Translations under genes and position numbers: made by a program
Assembly: GCA_028534125.1 (NCBI GenBank)
Contig: CM052839.1
Coordinates: forward strand, 13,950,001-14,014,000
DNA length: 64,000 nucleotides
Direction: 5' to 3'
Source of the DNA: Lama glama
Taxonomy: Eukaryota
In this document: in pieces, positions 12,410 to 34,211 of the stretch
Numbering within the stretch: position 1 is the stretch's first letter
Layout: every line of letters starts with the position of its first letter
Notes under the pieces: generated by a model
What the model was told of the DNA's origin: nothing
Databases searched by the model: none
The model's input: the letters and a program-made list of their open reading frames with translations, nothing else

Positions 12410-13005
12410 ATTTCAGTCCCGCCTCTGAACACAGTCCCTCCCTTCTCGGCATTAACCACGAGGCTTCCGTGGGGGAACAGGCTCCTTCCTTTTCGCCCCT
12501 GGCTGCGCCCACACACCCTCCAGCCCCTTCAGCTGTCTCCGTGCGGCCAGCCCCCATCCTCTCGAGTCTGTCGCCTGAAGCCCCAGTGTTGGCACCCAGA
12601 CCCCGCACACCTGCAGATGCACACCTTGGGCTGGGTGTGCGGTGGGCTGGCCCGGGCCAGCTGTGCTGGTCTCTGTTCTGCACATCGGCCGCTGCGCACT
12701 CCTCCGAGCCCAAGGCTCCCTCTGCCCCTGTTGGGCACCCTGAGCTCCCCGCCGGTGGATGGGCCTCCAGGGTGAGGCCCTGTTCCCCTCTCATCCCCCT
12801 CCCAGGGGCGCAGGTCCTGTCCTGATTCTTTTTCCCTTTGTCCTACCCGGTTACCTGGTGATCTTTCCTGCAGTTTTGGTTTTATGAGATTTCTTGCCAG
12901 CATTCAGCAGGAGTTCTGTGAGAACTGTTCCACGTGTAGGTGTATTTCTGGTGTATTTGTGGGAGGCGGTGAGCTCAGCGTCCTCCTGTTCCACTGTCTG
13001 GATCC
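12410..13005 (-). mobile_element. L1 5'-end (5' UTR) fragment nested in the older L1M
   Basis: - strand reads gaggacgctgagctcaccgcctcccacaaatacaccagaaatacacctacacgtggaacagttctcacagaa, resembling laurasiatherian L1 5' termini (from memory). Confidence 0.55.
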
Positions 13006-15909
13006 GGCCCCTTGCCTGTCTTCCAGGCGTTGGTGTGTTTGGTGTTGAGCTGCAGGGTGCTAGACGCACTTGTGGATTTTAGTCTTCCTGCAGGTATCTC
13101 CTGTGTGCTCAGGGCCAGGACTGCTGGACGAGATAGGGCCAAGGGCAGCCACACGAGGGTCTGCCTGCCCACCGCCTGCTATGCCTTCGCCACTCGAAGC
13201 TGTGCGGAGGTCCCCTCGCGACGGCGGGGCTCAGTGCAGGGAGAAATGGGCCCGCCCAGCTGACGACACTGGGACGGTCTGAGCCGCCCATTCCCGAGCC
13301 CTGGGTGCCCCTGGGTTCACGCAGCGCTTCTGGCTCCCAGCCCCCCTGCAGGGAGCAGGCTGCAGAGGTGAACGCCCGCCCTCTGAGCAGCTGAGCTGGG
13401 ACTGGGGTGACGTCTCGGGGCGACGTCTCGGGACACTAGGTGGAGGCCCCGCTCTCCTCGGGGTGAGTCGCCTCTGCCTCCAGGGCCTCAGACCCCAGGA
13501 TCACAGGAGGTCCAGTTCAGCTCGCAGGCAGGAGAGGCCATGGTGCACCAGCAGCATTCGTGCTGGGAGGGCCACTGGGTCAGCCTGGAAAGTTCGCTGT
13601 GAGGTCACATAAGCGAATATGCCTGAGCCCCAGCAGTCTGACCTGCTGTGTCAGGAAACGGGCAGCAGTGCCAGGAGGACCCAAACCGCGTTCAGAGCCA
13701 TCGTGCTGGCCTGGTCGCAGCCTGGGGTTCGTCACCATGCCTCAGCGTGTGTCCTCAATGAACTAGGTGCAACCAAACTGTGACATTACTGGGTTTTTTT
13801 TAAAAAGATTATCTTTATTTTTCTGATTACAAAAGAGAAATGCAAAGGTGTCAGGCTTCTGTGACACATCAGGTTGAAGGCCACTTGTCTTGAAGGGACG
13901 CAGGCAGACGTAGGGCAGGGGCCCTGGCTTAGGGACTGCTGGGTGAACCGTGACCTGACCCCGGGCCCTCCCTGTCCCCAGAGGAGGTGCCCGCGGGCTC
14001 TAAGGCTCAGCTCGGTCCCAGGCTGGAGGAGAAGGGACCTTTGGGATCAGAAGTCGGGAAGGGCTTTCCACGTGCGGCTTGTCCACCAGCTGGGGCGGGT
14101 CTCCGGACAGCCTGCCCTAAAGATCTCCCAACCAGGTGGGGTCTCCCAAGAGGAGGCTCGGGAGCAGGTGTCGCGGCTGCCTTTCCCATCCTGCTGCAGC
14201 CCGGCCGGTCGGGGCCCTGGTACTTTGGGGCTGGTTTTTCAGCCTGCTGACTGCAGCCCCCCAGGTTTGGCAAGATACCTGGGACCCTGAGCCACCCGTG
14301 TGCGCTCGCCACACCCACAGCCTCCAGCGAGAAAGCTCATGCAGGCTTTCATCAGGGCCTCTTCTGTTCAGTGACCGCACAGCTGAGCCCACAGGACAGG
14401 CCCGCTTTGCGGGTGAGGGCTGGTCTGCAGCTGAGCTGTCCTGCGGGGCCGTGCTCGGGAGCAGATGCCCAGGAGTCTGTCTTCTGTACCTAAGCTTGAG
14501 GCGTGTTAGGGTGGAGGAGACACAGGCGGTGCCTTGTAAATCAGCTTCTGCTTGCTGCTTTGGGGTCACTTCTCTCATCCACGTGGGCTGCCAGGCCACT
14601 CTGGCAGGTGGCATCACCGCCACGCTCCCAACTCCTGGTCACTCGGTAAAGCCAAGGACGAGGGTTGCCTGGCTTTGCACCCCAGCCGAAGGGCCTGCCA
14701 CGCTGAGCTGGAACCATCCTTTGTTACAAGGGAGACAGCGACGCAGCAGCGGCCCCACACAGCCAGCCTGGCACCCAGGAGCCCACGGGAGGCCCCGACG
14801 GGACGGCGGGTCCGGGCCTGTGCCGGACGCTGGCCTTGTCAGGGTCTCCCCACAAGCATCTGGCTTCTTCCTTGGTCCATCCTGGCTGCTTCTTACTAAA
14901 ATCATGGTGTGAGGGGAAACTGAAGCATGAGGCTGCCACAGGCTCCCACGTGTGGGGTCGGATCATCTAAGGAGGGCTCTGACCCCAGTGCGTCTCATCT
15001 GCTCCCCGGCCAGGCCTTCCCCAGTCGGCACCCGAGGCCCCCGCCCCCGGTCAGACACAGGCCTGCAGGGGGAGCCCTGACCGCCTGGGTCTCGTGTCCG
15101 AGAGCTCTGGTTTGGGGGCGGTTCACCTTGTGCCAGGCTCCCACTGCCACTCTAGAACCACTTTATAGGGGAGAAGGCCATGGCTGCCTCTGCCTCCAGC
15201 CTGTCCCCTGGCTGACCCTCCACTGCTCACAGCTGTGTGCCAAGAGCACTCAGGGAAGCCAGTCTCCCTCCTTCTGACCCCCTGTGGAGCCTGACGGAGT
15301 GCCCCCGAGGCAGAGCCCTCTGCCCTGCACTGCCCTGCACAGGCAGGTAGGTACACACAAGCATCTTGTCTGCCCTGTGCGCTGGCCCTCGGATGAAGGC
15401 GGCTCCTTGGTGTACATGGGGTGGAGGAGGAAAAGCCAGAGGGCCCTGGCACAGCGGTGGGGCCTCAGCTCAAGTGCCCCAAGCCCTCCCCAGGCCTCAC
15501 CTGCCATCTGTGGTGACAAGTGAGCCCAGCCACCGTTCCTGTGGGGACAGACACACCTGCTGCCCTACCTGTGCACGTCAGGGAGCCTGCCTTCGACTTG
15601 TGGGGTCACGTTTCTCTGCCACCCCACAAGGCTGGCTGAAGGGCTCCGGGCAGCACCTCCCATCCCAGGAAGCACAGGGGCTCCAGGGGTCAGGCTTCCG
15701 GGAAGAAACGAGACCCTAGCCAGTCTGTTCCTGTGACTATAGCAACACGTCACCTCCAGGAACCGTGTAACATTCTTGCTCCACAGAATCCACTTTTCCA
15801 CTGAAATCCATCTCCTCCAGGCTGAGCCCGAGCCCCTCCAGCGAGATTACAGAACTGGAACATTGCATATAAGAGCCCAGTGTGTCCTACGGATGCTTAA
15901 GTTTTTGCT

Positions 15910-15915
15910 TTTATT
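15910..15915 (-). terminator. Probable MIEF2 poly(A) signal AATAAA
   Basis: tttatt on + strand about 690 nt past the MIEF2 stop; a second, distal one at 13814-13819. Confidence 0.6.
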
Positions 15916-16600
15916 CTTGTTCACAGTTCTCGAGGCATAGCTTTGCTTCAGGAGGAAGGATACGAGACAGGAGATAAGCCCAGGAGGGGAGGCAGGCCCC
16001 TCCCCAGCCCCCTCCCCTGCCAGGCCTCAGGGCGAGCACAGGGTCAGCTAGCAAAGCTGGTATTGGCACCGCAGGGCGGGCCCAGCAGGGCCAGGGAACA
16101 CCCTCCGCTCGGGGCCCAGTGAGCGGCACAGAGAACTTCAGCTCAGGACTTGTGCAGCCGTGGCAGCGGGGGGGGGGGGCGGGGGGGGCGGGGAGGCCTT
16201 CCCTGAGGTGTGACGTGAGAGACCCTGCTCCAGCTACAGAGCTGGGCCAGCAAACCGGACACACGTGGCCTTTAAATCAGACGAAAGCTGCATTCCGCGG
16301 GTTCTAGGCAACTCCGGTCCTTGGGGGACAAAACACGCACAGCGTCCACCGAGGCTGGCACCCGAGGAAAGCAGGACTCCCTCTGGACAGAAAATCAGCG
16401 TGGCCTTATCCCGTGCCTAGGACAGTAGGAGCTTTGTTCTGTCTGTGGATTCCCTGCTGGTGATGAGGCCTCAGGGTCGGCCCCGAGGCCGGGTCGGGGC
16501 AAGCGGGGGCCCCGCTCAGGCCTCCCACAACATGAGCTAAGCCATCCTCTGGCTAAAAACAGAAAGGTGCTCTGGAACCCCTGGAGGGAGCACGTGCAGC

Positions 16601-17682
16601 TCACCAGCGTTTGTGCCCCACGCCACCCCAGAGCAGCCCCTCGGGGGCCTGCAGGCCATAGTACAGGGCATAGCCCAGGTCCTCGACTTCCTCCTCCCGC
16701 AGGCCGCCCAGCAGGTTCACGCCGGGGTTGAAGTGGCAGGGCAGGCTGGCCTGCTCCAGGCTGCCAATGAGCAGCTCCAGGGCCTGCAGGAAGCGCTCCC
16801 CCAGGGCCTCCTCAGCCCAGTCCGCCTCCTCCTCCCCTAGGCGCAGAACCACCTGGGTCAGGTGGCTGCGACCCAGACGCCACAGGACAGAGTGGCCGCG
16901 GCAGACACCGCAGAGCAACAACAGTAGCCGCCGGCGGGTCCCAGTGTCACCAGCATCCAGGGCCCGCAGCCTGGCGGCCTCCGCCGGGTACAAGTCCTGC
17001 AGCCAGAGGTTCCCCGCCAGCCCCTCCAGGGGCCAGGCCAGCAGGAGGCGGTCTCCGGCCTGGGCCCCGGTGACGGCCAGGAGCACAGCCACGGTGAGCT
17101 CCAGGCGCTCGTGCTGCACCTCGAGCAGCAGCTCCTCCGAGGCCACGCGGGGCCGAATCAGGCACCCGAGCAGGCTGCCAATGGCCGGCCAGTTGACGGA
17201 GGCGGTCAGGGCCTTGCGGAGCAGCTCCAGCAGCACCCGGGAGGACAGGTAGCCGCCTACCAGGAAGCGGTCCCAGGGGCTGCTCCCCCGGGGGTGGAAC
17301 TCCAGCTGAGTCCTGCGCACCGCCCAGCAGCGAGGGTCCCTGGCCACAGTGTCCGTGCCAGGCACCAGGCTCCACAGGCCTGGCTCCAGGGCCAGGGGCA
17401 CCAGGAGGCGCACAGGGTCGGCAGCCCCCGCCTGCAGCCCATCAAAGAGTGGCCCGCCGGGCACGACTGCCCCAAAGGGCAGTGCGGGGAACTTGCTTCG
17501 CAGGTAGGCCTGCAGCTCCAGAGCAACATCGCCAGCCAGCTGTTTGGCCAGAGCCACATGGGCCACAGGGATGGTCACATGGTCCTGCTCAAATGCCAGC
17601 AGCTTCTCCTGGAACGTCAGGCACGGCGGTGCTGGGGAGCTGAGCCGAGGCGCCCCTGGAGCATCTGCACCTGCGGGCCCCG
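16601..17682 (-). CDS. MIEF2: MIEF2 last coding exon
   Basis: ttcctcccag|; ...LSSPAPPCLTFQEKLLAFE...PEGLLWGGVGHKRW*. Confidence 0.93.
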
Positions 17683-18598
17683 CTGGGAGGAAGGGGCCGG
17701 GGACCAGGTCAGGGGCTGTCACCAGCCAAGAGAGCTCTGCCCAGTTACTAGCTGCGTCCCTCCCTGGTAATGACACCTGAGAAGGCCCTTAGCCAGGTCC
17801 TCACGGACAGCAGGGCTCTGAGGCTGAGCCTGCTTCACAGAGGGTGGGAGACAGGCTCCAGGTCTTGTGTCCCCATCTGAGGTCCCCCCACCATCAGAAT
17901 GCTGCCACCCCCCATGGCCCACACATCCTGGTGGCCACAGTGCCACCCAGGAGGTAGAAAAACAGAGAAACATGACACCATTAAACATGCAGGAACCTGC
18001 GTGGTCACGCTGTCGGTCAGTGGCAGAGCCTGGGCCGCATCTCCTGAATGTGACCACCAAAGGGGGGCTCATCCAGGGCAGAGGAGGAGTGCCGCTCACC
18101 TGGGGCGGAGGGTGAGCGGGCCGGGAGCGGCGTGGGATGACTGAGGGCAGCAGGTGGGGGCCGCGGCTGCAGGCGTGGCGTGGCCTTGAGCAGGCTCAGT
18201 TCCTTCCAGCTGTCCTCCAGGCATGTGGCGTCCCCCTTGACATCATCCTCGTCCCGAGAGCTGGTGGCCCTGTCGATGAGCTGCAGACAGAGGGACACGG
18301 ACAAGAGCGTCTAAAACCTGGGTGGCCACAGCAAAGCCAAGGGCAGAGCAAACCAGGCCACTGGGGTGGAGGCAGCTGCAGCCTCGGGCAGCCCCACTAC
18401 CCCTGGCCCTGCTTGGGGAGCCCCAGGGTCCCCAGGCCACCCCAGCCTTACCCGTTTCACAGCCAGGGTGGCGATGCCCAGCACGGCAGCCCCGCCCACA
18501 CCCAGCACCAGGCGGGCGTTGGCCAGGAGAAAGTCCACAGCGCCACCCAGCACCTCACCATCCCGCCGCTTGCCCCGATTCTGGGAGAGCTCCGCCAT
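16601..18598 (-). CDS. MIEF2: Mitochondrial dynamics protein MiD49 (mitochondrial elongation factor 2, SMCR7), DRP1 receptor; 469 aa
   Basis: Exons 18598-18452, 18280-18100, 17682-16601 join in frame. Kozak CCACCATGG; N-terminal TM segment LVLGVGGAAVLGIATLAV; Mab-21/NTase-like domain. Confidence 0.97.
18100..18280 (-). CDS. MIEF2: MIEF2 second coding exon
   Basis: LIDRATSSRDEDD...SWKELSLLKATP...SAP|gtgagc. Confidence 0.94.
18452..18598 (-). CDS. MIEF2: MIEF2 first coding exon
   Basis: MAELSQNRGKRR...GIATLAVKR|gtaagg; exon acceptor just above 18609. Confidence 0.95.
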
Positions 18599-20985
18599 GG
18601 TGGATCCAGCTGCAAGAGAGCCAGGATGCAGGGACCACTCAGCGAGGGGGCGGCCAGCAGGGCAGCAGGGCAGGCACTCTGGCTGTCGTCCTGCTGGGGT
18701 CAGAGTTGAGCCCACGAGGGGGCTTCCTGAGAATTTCTCGGGAGAAAGGGACACCTTTCAGGGTTTCCTGGGAGGAGGTTGGGAGCTGCCCAAGCCCCCT
18801 CCCCAAACCTGCAAACAGCCTACCCCCTGGGAGGGCGGGGTCACGGAGAAAGGCCCTCAGATTCATGGCAGTTCAGGGAAAGGGGAGCATCTTCCCCACC
18901 CCACCCTCCAAGACCTCTGATACCACCAAAGCCCGTGAGGTGGGTCTTACCGTCACCAAAGCCCGTTTGACAAAGAAACAGGCTGCTTGGCCACACAGCG
19001 AGTGGCAGGGACTGCAGACCCTCACCCACACACACACGGCCAGGCCCCAGGGGCAGCCCCCATTCTGGGTCCTAACTGGGGCTGGCACAGCAGGAGGAAA
19101 CCAAGGCCCGGAGAAGACTGCGGCTTGGGGTCCTATGCAGCCTGCCCCAGATAGCCTGTCATACCTTTGGGGGGACCCTGGTAAAGCTCAAGAGGCCACA
19201 GTTACCCCCCCCAAATCTCAGCAGCCCCCAGAGGCAGAGCTACCAAGTCAGAGGACAGAACAAGGGCGATGGCCCAGGCTGCCCAGGGGGCGGGAGCTGG
19301 CTGTCGACAGGTATGTGCCAGACCAGGCTGAAGGCTCTGCTGGGGGAGCGGCAAAGTGTCCCTAAAGACACCAAGCAGGGCTGGCCCACTGCCTTGGACA
19401 GGGGCCTCTCGGGCCTGGGACAGTGGTGGGAGGTGAGCCATCCTCAGCTGCCAGGAATCCAGACAACAGAGGGCAAACTAAGGGCCCAAAACCCCACTGT
19501 TTGCTCGCCTACAAAACAGCACAGGTGTGGTGAGAAAGGTTAAAGGGGGGAGCCCAGAAGTGTGGGGCTGGGAGGACGGGCATCTCTGCCAGGGACCGTG
19601 GGCCAGGCCCAGCCCTGGGTTTTTCCAGGGGACTGCTGCTCTCAGATCCTAGGCGCTGAGGGGGTGTGTGACTAAGGGACAAGCCCAGGGGACCAGTCAG
19701 GTGGCCAGGCAGGACTGTCTCACTGAGGGCACGCAAATGACCCTGAGCTCAGAGCCAACTCAGCTCCAAGGACTTCTGCCTGCCCTGCTGCAGCGGGTGC
19801 CTCAGCCTGCTTGCCAGGTGAGGCCTGCAGCCCGGCACCGCCGCCCGCTCCCGGGCTAAAAATAGGAAAGAGGGCCAGGGGGTGACCCAGCACGGCCCTG
19901 TGGCCGGCTTCCTCGTCCGGGATCAGTATTGCCACCCGCCTCCAAACTGTAAAGCGCTCGAAGACCCCACCTGTCTGACCGGGGACGCCGCCCAGCCTCC
20001 GGGTCGCGCAGACCCCAGCCCGGGAAGAGGAGAGGGCGCAGCTGGGCCTCCCCTCCTCCTCCAAGCCGCGGCCAGCGAAGGAATCGGGGCCCTGGGGACG
20101 CCGGGATGGACCCAAGACCGGCCCCGAGCTCGGTCCTTCCCCAGTGCCCCCTTTCCGGGCCGGCGCCGCGCGCCCGGCGGAGGCCACGCCCCCGCGCTCC
20201 GGCCGTACCTACGTCGCGGCTTCGGCGCACCGGCCGGCGGACGCAAGGGGCCCGCTAAGGCCGCGCACCCCGGGGCCGTCTGGGAATGTAACGTGGAGGA
20301 CTCGGGAACCGAACGCCGAGGCCCGGGGGGCGGGCTCGGGCCCGGCGCTCGCTGACCGGCAGGCGCTGGCTCCAATCGGAGCGCTCGAGGTGCCTTCCCA
20401 CGTGCCTCCCTGCCGCGCGCTCGGCCAGTGGCGACGGCGCGCTCCTCGGGGGTGGTGCTCCCCGGCGCGCTCTGCCTTAAAGGCGCAGGTCTGCGCTGCG
20501 CGCTCGGCCGGCGGGAAGGCGAGCTTCCTCCGGGTCCCTTGGTCACTGTGGCCTGCGGCCGCTTACCATGAAAGGGACACGGGCCCCGTCACCCACTGCG
20601 ACCGCCCTCTAGGGTGACGAGCGGGCATGTAACCGCGCACCCGGCATCCGAGCAAGGACGCCGAGGAGCTCGGGCTGCGCCCCGGGGAGCGTCTCACCGG
20701 AGGGAGGGCCCGCGGCTCCCGCACGAAGACCCGGGCGTCCTACTGCCGCTGCCGCCGAGCGCCCGGGCCGGGGTCCAGAACCACCGGGGTCCCGCGCACC
20801 GGCCGGCGGAGGGGACAGCGCCCGCGGGCCGAGAAGGCGGTGCGCTCATCCGCCAGGGCGCGTCCCGAGCCGGGGGCCGAGGGGCGGGGCCGCGCTCTCC
20901 CCGCCCCGCCGACTCCGCGGTCCCCGCCCTTCGCGCCCCGCCTCGCCGGCCGCCCGCTCCCCGCTCCCGGCAGCCGAGCGCCGCC

Positions 20986-32855
<11,870 letters not shown>

Positions 32856-33030
32856 GGCGGTGTCTCCAACCCACGCCTTGCCCTGCGGAGGGAGAGGAAG
32901 GGCCTGTCTGCCGCCCCGGCCAGCAGTGGCTACCCTGACCAGTGGACCCCCTGCAGTGTGAGCTCACGGATGATGCTCTGCCCGCACCCCCACCAGGGAT
33001 AAAGCAGATGAGGTTGCCCTTTAAAGAGAT

Positions 33031-33082
33031 ATTAAATGCTTTTATTTTCAATATTAAAAATCAGTATTTTTAATATTAAAAC
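33031..33082. terminator. Shared AT-rich poly(A)-signal block for convergent FLII and LLGL1
   Basis: ATTAAA on + at 33031, 33053 and 33075; AATAAA on - at 33041-33046; ATTAAA on - at 33069-33074. Confidence 0.8.
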
Positions 33083-33204
33083 CGCTAATTTTAACAAAAC
33101 GATAGGAAAAAAAACCCCAGGGTATAATCTACAGGGAAACCCATCCTGCCCCACCCCCTCACCCCCATCCTGCACACACTCGACCAGGCCCCGCTCCTGG
33201 GTGT

Positions 33205-33252
33205 ACACACACACACACACACACACGCACGCACGCACGCACGCACGCACGC
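33205..33252. repeat. Compound microsatellite (AC)11(GCAC)6 in the LLGL1 3' UTR
   Basis: Read directly from sequence. Confidence 0.95.
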
Positions 33253-34132
33253 TGGGGGGGCGGCTGGGGGGGCTGGCCCAGGAACAAGTACCAAAATAGT
33301 TTTAGAAATGACTGTTTTGCCTGGCACAGGCGTTAGAAAAATACTCTTTGCAAGTGGAGAGGACCAATGGCACGTGGAGTGGGAGGTGGCCTGGGCTTTC
33401 GGCCCCAGCTGGCCGCTGCCCCACCCCCTGCCCCCGAGTAGCCACCGCCTATAGGAAGGCTGGTCTGAATCCACCCGAGGCACTGCACCAGGGCAGGCAG
33501 GTCCTGCTGGAGGCCAGGTTAGCAGGTGAAGGGCCAGGCTGGAGCCAGGGGTCCTGGATCCCAGCTCAGAGCAGAGCAGGCAGTGGCCTGGTGGCTCTGG
33601 CCTTCCTGGTAAAGGAGGTGAAGAGGAGTCAGCGTAAGGCCGAGGAGATGCAGAGGGGCAGGCGACCTGGCCACACAGTGCCACTCAGCCTCCCCAGAGT
33701 GCCAGCCTGAGATGGCCTTGCTGAGTGAGCCTGACCGCATCCGGCCCTGAGGGCAGGCGGGGGCCGCAGTGTCTGCTGCTGCTGGGAGAAGCTACTGGTT
33801 AACAGGCAGGGTGGGCAAGCCCACCAGCCCCACATCTGGGTGGGGGCGGCACGAGACTGGAGTAGGGGGCCAGTCAGCCCCGGACAGTGCCCGAACCCCT
33901 GTGCGGAGCTGATGTCACCTGCAAAATGGGCTTGCCAAACCAGCCTCTAAGGGGTGTGGCCTGGTCTTGTTTCAAACACCAGCCGTGACAGCTGGAGGCT
34001 GACTGGCTGGCCCTGGTTTTCTAACACCCAACCATGAAAACCACATTTGTGGGTTCCCCCAGCCCTGCCGGGACAGTCCTGGGGGGCTGAGCAGAGAGGA
34101 GGGGGGAGACCTGGGCCCGCACCTACAGCGCC

Positions 34133-34211
34133 TCATTTGATCAGGATGGCACAGGCAGGAGATTCGTCCTCCGACAGGTTCCGCAGGTTCCTCTCAGAGT
34201 CCTCTGACGAG
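34133..34211 (-). CDS. LLGL1: LLGL1 exon 22 (stop)
   Basis: [25 protein letters not shown]. Confidence 0.93.

Noticed and set aside
16601-17776. Mab-21/cGAS-like NTase ORF as a novel immune enzyme
   Set aside because: It is the last exon of MIEF2, a known catalytically inactive NTase-fold DRP1 adaptor.
18322-19365. 347-aa ORF antisense to MIEF2
   Set aside because: No recognisable domain; GC-rich shadow frame.
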